A stretch of 32,000 nt of DNA from Opitutales bacterium (GTDB lineage Bacteria; Verrucomicrobiota; Verrucomicrobiia; Opitutales; PNEW01), in the NCBI GenBank assembly GCA_965219535.1, contig CBDCNV010000002.1, positions 210,001 through 242,000 of the forward strand, written 5' to 3'. Position numbers and translations under genes: made by a program. This document shows positions 27,211 to 32,000 of the stretch, piece after piece; position 1 is the stretch's first letter, and every line of letters begins with the position of its first letter. The notes beneath the pieces are model-generated. The model searched no databases. It was not told the origin of the DNA and worked only from the letters and a program-made list of their open reading frames with translations.

Positions 27211-27236
27211 ATAGGGCATAAGTAGTTAAGTGGTAT

Positions 27237-27292
27237 TCAGGATACAGGATGCAGGATTCAAGATGCAGGATACAGGATCTAGGATGTAGATC
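27237..27292 (+). repeat. 7-bp tandem array (NCAGGAT) x7-8
   Basis: Units: TCAGGAT ACAGGAT GCAGGAT TCAAGAT GCAGGAT ACAGGAT CTAGGAT GTAGATC. The array contains a copy (27242-27267) of the 26-nt unit also found at 27630 and 29447. Confidence 0.85.
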
Positions 27293-27357
27293 CTGAAAGC
27301 ATAGAGGCGCGGGGATCTTGTCAAAGACCTCTGCTAAATTACTATCCACATTTCTTC

Positions 27358-27416
27358 TATTGTCATTGCGAGGAGCAACGCGACGCGGCAATCTAGGCAA
27401 ATATCGATTGCGTGAA
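27358..27416 (-). repeat. Dispersed hairpin repeat, copy R3' (inverted orientation)
   Basis: ATTGTCATTGCGAGGAGCAACGCGACGCGGCAATCTAGGCAAATATCGATTGCGTGAAG. It carries the same GTCATTGCGAGG...GGCAATCTAGG blocks as R2'. Confidence 0.75.
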
Positions 27417-27501
27417 GTAGATTTATGGGTGTAAGGATGAAATCCTACGGCTACGGAACTATGCTTTTAGCTTCAAGGGAATACCGGTTACAAATGGGCG
27501 T

Positions 27502-27553
27502 CCCCCTTGGATTGCTTCGTCTTTCGAGACGGCGAAATCCTCGCAATGACAAC
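27502..27553 (+). repeat. Dispersed hairpin repeat, copy R3
   Basis: CCCCCTTGGATTGCTTCGTCTTTCGAGACGGCGAAATCCTCGCAATGACAAC. It has an internal CGTCT-TTCG-AGACG stem-loop. GTCATTGCGAGG (27361) and CCTCGCAATGAC (27539) form a perfect 12-bp inverted repeat. Confidence 0.75.
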
Positions 27554-27629
27554 TGGAGTCAAATGAGATCAGCATTAATTTCAAATCTGGGACGACAGCG
27601 ACGGATCACTTTATAGACATCCATCAGAT

Positions 27630-27655
27630 GCATCATGGATTCTGCATCCTGTATA
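27630..27655 (-). repeat. 26-nt TATACAGGATG... unit, inverted copy (C2)
   Basis: The reverse complement is TATACAGGATGCAGAATCCATGATGC. About 24 of 28 positions match the unit inside the heptamer array. It also matches 29447-29471 (an 11-nt and an 8-nt identical block). Confidence 0.7.
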
Positions 27656-27659
27656 GAAC

Positions 27660-28037
27660 TTACTCCGGGTTAGTCAGCCGCTCAATCTCTTCTACTAAAT
27701 CCTTTTCGTCGATAATAGGTTTAGTAATGTAGCCATTAAATCCAGCGTCTATAAATCGTTTCCGATCGGTCGACATTGCATGTGCGGTCAATGCAATAGC
27801 AGGAATTTTTTTAAAAGCACTGAGGAGACGAATTTTGCCTAAAAGTGTAACGCCATCCATACCGGGAAGACTGATATCGAGAAGAAAGATATCGGGGGTA
27901 ACCGCATCAGGTCCTTCTAAGCACTCTAACCCTTCGTTAGCATCCGTAACCCATTTGAACTCATAGCGGTCAGAGAGCAAATCCATCAAGTATTCTGCGT
28001 TATCCGGATTATCTTCCACTAAGAACAAATATTTCAT
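27660..28037 (-). CDS. Single-domain response-regulator receiver (CheY-like)
   Basis: 125 aa. Acidic pocket (LVEDNPDN), phospho-acceptor (FLLDISLPGMDG), conserved T (ALTAH) and K (ITKPI). No output domain. Confidence 0.88.
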   Translation of the reverse strand: MKYLFLVEDNPDNAEYLMDLLSDRYEFKWVTDANEGLECLEGPDAVTPDIFLLDISLPGMDGVTLLGKIRLLSAFKKIPAIALTAHAMSTDRKRFIDAGFNGYITKPIIDEKDLVEEIERLTNPE

Positions 28038-28202
28038 TCAAGCTTCAGTTAAGTGAGACCATACATTAATGAAATCGCGCAAAATGCCAATGCTTAATCA
28101 ACAGCCTTTATAAATGCGCTTCTAACGTCAACTATTCAAGCGAATATCAATTCATCTCATCCGCTCGGACAATATGTGGGGTCTTAAGCACTCAGGACTT
28201 AT

Positions 28203-29114
28203 TCAGCCCCCCATATTCAATGTCCGCTTCCCGAAGAATTGCTCCCATTTGTCCAGGCTTTTATACCATTTCCGGATGGTGCTTATATGTTCTTCAACTT
28301 TCAGCATATAGGGATTGACCCCATCAGGGTAAGGCTCGGTGAGAAACCTGTAGAGACCGTGACAATCTATCTCAAGTTTTGGAATAACGATATTCTCCCA
28401 AAAATATGGCGTGCCGCGGAGAATCTCTTCGCTACTACTAAACATACGGTACTCTTTAGGAATATTACGATAGTCATCGGATTCTTCAAATTCCATGAAA
28501 AGGGAAAGCAATTTCTGCTTATAATTAGGATCGCTCATTTGACCTAAGTAATCTGCCGTGCAGGCCGCTTCTCCGCTGATCCTTTCCACGTCATTATTAA
28601 AAGGTACCGCATCGATGATACTGCGAGGGCCCGTACAACTGATGATGTGTTGAACCACATAAATCTCAAAACGAGACCAATCCTTTTTAATCAAATAGAG
28701 ATCGGCTAGCTCACAGCTTCGCTGGACATGCATAAAGGTGAATTTCGCGCCTGAGCCCTGGTTATCACCCTTTTCCTTGAGGTAGCCGATGTCGTGAAGA
28801 AGCAGTGCGTGGAGGCCATTTTCAAAATCCCTTTCCGACATAATGGGTTCCACCTTTGCCAAGTGACGGTTTGCAACCAGACGGGTCCAACACAGTGTCG
28901 CTTGCAGGGTGTGTTCCAGGTTGTGATAGGCCGTATCCATCGGCTGATAATCCCAGTAGGTACCATTAAACATCGCCTTCGTATCAGCAAATAACTGGGA
29001 AATCATTTCAGTATTTGCCCGTGGAAATACTTCATCCTGTATTTCTAATACCGTTTTTTCGACAACGCGGTAATCGCTGGTATCCAAATCATCCAGTGTG
29101 TATGCCCGTAACAT
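28203..29114 (-). CDS. HD-domain protein (predicted metal-dependent phosphohydrolase)
   Basis: 303 aa. H...HD pattern: YHNLEHTLQ and LHALLLHDIGYLKEKG. It is not an HD-GYP, as there is no HHExxDGxGYP. Confidence 0.75.
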   Translation of the reverse strand: MLRAYTLDDLDTSDYRVVEKTVLEIQDEVFPRANTEMISQLFADTKAMFNGTYWDYQPMDTAYHNLEHTLQATLCWTRLVANRHLAKVEPIMSERDFENGLHALLLHDIGYLKEKGDNQGSGAKFTFMHVQRSCELADLYLIKKDWSRFEIYVVQHIISCTGPRSIIDAVPFNNDVERISGEAACTADYLGQMSDPNYKQKLLSLFMEFEESDDYRNIPKEYRMFSSSEEILRGTPYFWENIVIPKLEIDCHGLYRFLTEPYPDGVNPYMLKVEEHISTIRKWYKSLDKWEQFFGKRTLNMGG

Positions 29115-29183
29115 AATCCCGATAGTGTAGTAATTCTAAATAAAGAGAGGATCCAAATAAATAAAGTTATATCAATAAAAGCA

Positions 29184-29213
29184 AGGGGTTTATCAGGTTT
29201 TCCCCTATTTTTT
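29184..29213. terminator. Hairpin with flanking T/A runs between the tRNA-like sequence and the HD gene
   Basis: AGGGG-N13-CCCCT followed by ATTTTTT on the plus strand. On the minus strand the same stem is followed by TGCTTTTATTG. Confidence 0.3.
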
Positions 29214-29319
29214 AAAATAAATCATTCATTTTTAAGTAAATTTCCGGCATTAAACCCTTAAGTACCTTTGGATAAATGTGTTACAGATGATCCGTGCAAT
29301 CCATAATTTTGGCTCAGAT

Positions 29320-29406
29320 TGGTCGGGGCGACTGGATTCGAACCCCCGGACATTTCGGTTCAATAGTTTTCAAGACAACCGCGATCGGCCACTCTGCCAT
29401 CTCTCC
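29320..29406 (-). pseudogene. tRNA-like sequence: tRNA-Ser(UGA)-like 5' two-thirds joined to a tRNA-Pro-like 3' end. It does not fold as a cloverleaf by hand.
   Basis: The minus strand reads GGAGAGATGGCAGAGTGGCCGATCGCGGTTGTCTTGAAAACTATTGAACCGAAATGTCCGGGGGTTCGAATCCAGTCGCCCCGACCA. The 5' acceptor GGAGAGA has no complement in the 3' strand CGCCCCG. The T-stem halves GGGGG and CCAGT do not pair. The anticodon and variable stems carry mismatches. Confidence 0.55.
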
Positions 29407-29446
29407 AACTGTCGGAACTTATTTATATTTTCTAAATGGTCAATGG

Positions 29447-29471
29447 TATACAGGATGGGGATACATGATGC
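29447..29471 (+). repeat. TATACAGGATG... unit, direct copy (C3)
   Basis: TATACAGGATGGGGATACATGATGC. It is inverted relative to 27630-27655. Together the two copies bracket the receiver, HD and tRNA-like genes. Confidence 0.7.
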
Positions 29472-29630
29472 GGGCTGAGGGATGGGTGTTCTACTATGAT
29501 TTTATAATAAATTACTGGACGGACGAAGCGGTGAAAATCTACCGATTTTCAGTGTTAAGTTTTAAGTAAAAAACTTATTTTAAGCTTTCAACCTCTGAAC
29601 CGTTGAACCTTGAACCCGACACCCTCCACC

Positions 29631-31266
29631 TCACATACGCTCATTGCAGACAACTTCGATGATGGGCAAATCGCGGCCGGAGCGTACCCGTACCTCATAA
29701 ATAACTTCCTGGTATCCTTTTCGCCTTCCACGGACAATGTAATTTCCGGGTAAAAAGCTTTCAGTCTGTTGCCCCTTGAATTTACCGAGCATCTTATAAC
29801 CGGATACGCTACCCAGGTTTGGCCGTCGGAGGCAAAGACCAGTTGTGAGGGTCTGCTTTGATCTTTCAGGAGTTTTTGAAGTCAACGGGCTCTGTCATCG
29901 AGCGATAAGTAATCAGGTTTTAGAGCCATCGCCGCGTTAAAATCTCTAATCGCCTCTTGATACTCTCCACTGGCTGCTTTTTCCTCCGCGATCTCTAGAA
30001 AATTTTCAAAACGAAGAATCGCGCGAATAATCTTACCCGCCTGGACCAGACCTTCGGTCGCCTCGTCGTGGCCACTCTCTATATCGAGGACTTCTTGCTG
30101 GGCATCGCGCGCCTTGTACCAATCGTACTCATTTTCATAATAGCGCGCTCAATCCAGAGCATCGTTTATAAGGTATTCGCGCTTTAACTCTTTTGTCTTG
30201 GCGATAGCATCTTTCGGGTCTGTGCGATCAGGTTAAACTTTATAAGCCGCTTCATAATGCTTGATAGCCTCATCCCAAGACTTATCTTCGACCGCGCTTT
30301 CCGCGTATTCTAATAATAGGTCGTATTTATTGTCCTTAATTGTTTTCGCGAGCCGGTATTTTCCCTGTTGCGCTTTAATCGACAGCGAGTCGATTTCAAA
30401 TGCCTCCTCGTAGGCAACAAGAGCCTCATCGAAATTCCCTTTTTTCTCCTGTATTTTGGCCTTACTGAGGAGCGGATACACTTGGTCGATGGTCTGAGCA
30501 CTGGTCAGGTTATTCATGGCCAATTCGTTGTCCGGTTGAAACCTGAGAATATCTTCAAATAGAGTGATGGTTGTATCTTTGTCACCTGAGGACAGCGCTT
30601 TTTCCCCTTCAACTCCAATACCGACAATTTAGTGATAATCTTGTTTTTCATTGTACCAATACCGGCAGTAAAAGAATTTAATGCATCGTTGAATATCCCA
30701 GCCTCATAAGCGTTTCGTCCTTCCTCACCATATTTCACCGCTATTTCAAATTCGAACGGGGCGAGCATGCGGATTTTTTCATTTTCTTCGATAAGAACGA
30801 GAAATTCATCGTAACGGGTAGTTGCTTGCTCCTTGAGCGCTATGAGCGCTTTAAATTCCTCGATCAGTACCTTGATACGATCATATACTTCCATTGCCTG
30901 AGGATAAGAACCGAAATCGATATATTTATCAGCCAATTCAAAGTCGTTTTCAATAACGAGGAGTTTGCGTAATAAGGTTTCATGTTCATCTGTGAGCTTT
31001 TTTACAATCTCAAGCGCACTGTTGGCTTCAACCTGAAACCGATCCACGCGTTCACGGCTGACGAACCGGTATTTCGTTCTTTCGGTGCTCAGGGGTGTAC
31101 TATCCAAAGCTTCCTGGGTGGCTTTGGTATCGTCATCCTGTAATGTTTCTTGCAAACCGGGAATGGGGATGAATAAAATTATCGCGATGGCGATCAATAG
31201 ACCCCCACTAATGAAGATGATGGTTTTTTTGACTTTTTTTTCGGTTCTTTCTCCGGCGGAGAACCG
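29631..31266 (-). pseudogene. Decayed gene for a membrane-anchored helical-repeat (TPR-like) protein with a PEGA-like C-terminal domain
   Basis: A single ancestral reading frame can be traced through ORFs 30514-31197, 30233-30523 and 29631-29885. It has in-frame stops at 30233-30235 (TAA), 30149-30151 (TGA) and 29882-29884 (TGA). Frameshifts lie near 30597-30610 (T5C4 run), near 29793-29816, and near the T7/T8 runs at 31224-31241. No canonical start codon remains in front of the N-terminal anchor (KKVKKTIIFISGGLLIAIAIILFIPIPG). Confidence 0.7.
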
Positions 31267-31592
31267 CTAGTCTCTTCAGGGTTCCAATGAACGATCTTGC
31301 GACGTTTTACCCTACCTGTTCACTATCGTCACTCATCTCTCTATGCGATCAAATCCTCTTATTAGAGACACGCTTACCTGAATTATTTCAACCTAAATGT
31401 CTAATGATTATAATATTAAACAGTTTTTAGAATGCAATGTTTCGTTTTCTTTCCAAAAATTTACATTTATGAAAAGAAAACAAAGTCAAAAGGTCAAAAT
31501 GAGTAAATTTCGCCATTAATTATTAGGTATTTTATACCGATCAATAATTTAGATTATTCACTAAATACATCTATGACTTAATATAATTTATT

Positions 31593-31991
31593 ATGAGCTC
31601 TGTAAAATCCTTCGAAGATCTAAGAATCTGGCAAGATTCACGAATATTAGTAGCAAATATATACACAGCATTTGGTACGAAAACACCAGCATCGCGTGAT
31701 TTTGGATTTAGAGATCAGGTGCAAAGAGCCAGTGTTTCTATCATGAATAATATTTCAGAGGGTTATGAAAGAAGGGGTAATACTGAATTCTATCGTTTCT
31801 TAACGATTGCTAAGGGTTCCTGCGGAGAGCTGAGAAACATGCTCTATATTGCTGAAGATCTTAAATATATAAATGAAAGCGACGCAGATAATTTTCGGAC
31901 TGCCAGTTTAAATATAATAAAAGGAATAGCCGCTCTAATGCGTCATTTAAAGAAAGGGGAATCCCAATCTAATAACACATCTACACCCTAA
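31593..31991 (+). CDS. Four-helix-bundle protein (23S rRNA intervening-sequence protein / Avd-like family)
   Basis: 132 aa. FEDLRIWQDSRILVANIY...RDQVQRASVSIMNNISEGYERRGNTEFYRFLTIAKGSCGELRNMLYIAEDL is the family pattern. The gene and its upstream region are visibly AT-rich relative to neighbouring genes. Confidence 0.85.
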   Translation: MSSVKSFEDLRIWQDSRILVANIYTAFGTKTPASRDFGFRDQVQRASVSIMNNISEGYERRGNTEFYRFLTIAKGSCGELRNMLYIAEDLKYINESDADNFRTASLNIIKGIAALMRHLKKGESQSNNTSTP

Positions 31992-32000
31992 TTGTCCCCA

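Noticed and set aside
27237-27292. The heptamer array as a CRISPR array
   Set aside because: The period is 7 bp with no spacers and there are no cas genes. It is a microsatellite-like tandem repeat.
19609-32000. A direct repeat of the tRNA-Arg 3' end (attR) that would delimit a larger genomic island
   Set aside because: A visual search for GGTGGGTGCACCA, GAGTCCCGG and similar sub-strings found no match downstream. This was not an exhaustive computation, so it is recorded as not found rather than absent.

Overview
This is a bacterial chromosomal segment. The gene content and protein style suggest a PVC/Verrucomicrobiota-like organism, but that is only an impression and cannot be verified from the window. 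Most of it is ordinary housekeeping. It holds a 5'-truncated FAD/Fe-S oxidoreductase, folA-thyA, a thiD-comEC operon, rarA, lpdA, a TonB-dependent receptor next to a phnD-phnC-phnE phosphonate ABC transporter, and a large TPR/ExbB operon. It also holds a CheY-like receiver, an HD-domain protein and a four-helix-bundle (23S rRNA IVS/Avd-type) gene. I could not identify a coherent new multi-gene system such as a defence or secretion locus. The unusual content is structural and falls into six groups. (1) A complete IS3-family element with a 4-bp target duplication splits an EEP-family hydrolase gene, and its transposase has an odd reading-frame layout. (2) A tRNA-Arg(CCG) is followed by a tyrosine integrase whose island is reduced to two abutting IS3-type relics. 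(3) Two families of short dispersed repeats occupy three intergenic loci. One is a hairpin repeat, GGATTGC...CTCGCAATGACAA. The other is a 26-nt TATACAGGATG... unit, which also forms a 7-bp tandem array. (4) A tRNA-like sequence looks like a tRNA-Ser(UGA) 5' part fused to a tRNA-Pro-like 3' end. (5) Beside it lies a gene carrying several frameshifts and in-frame stops. (6) An ExbB homologue is co-transcribed with TPR proteins, with no ExbD or TonB in the window. All functional calls come from motif recognition by eye; no database searches were run.
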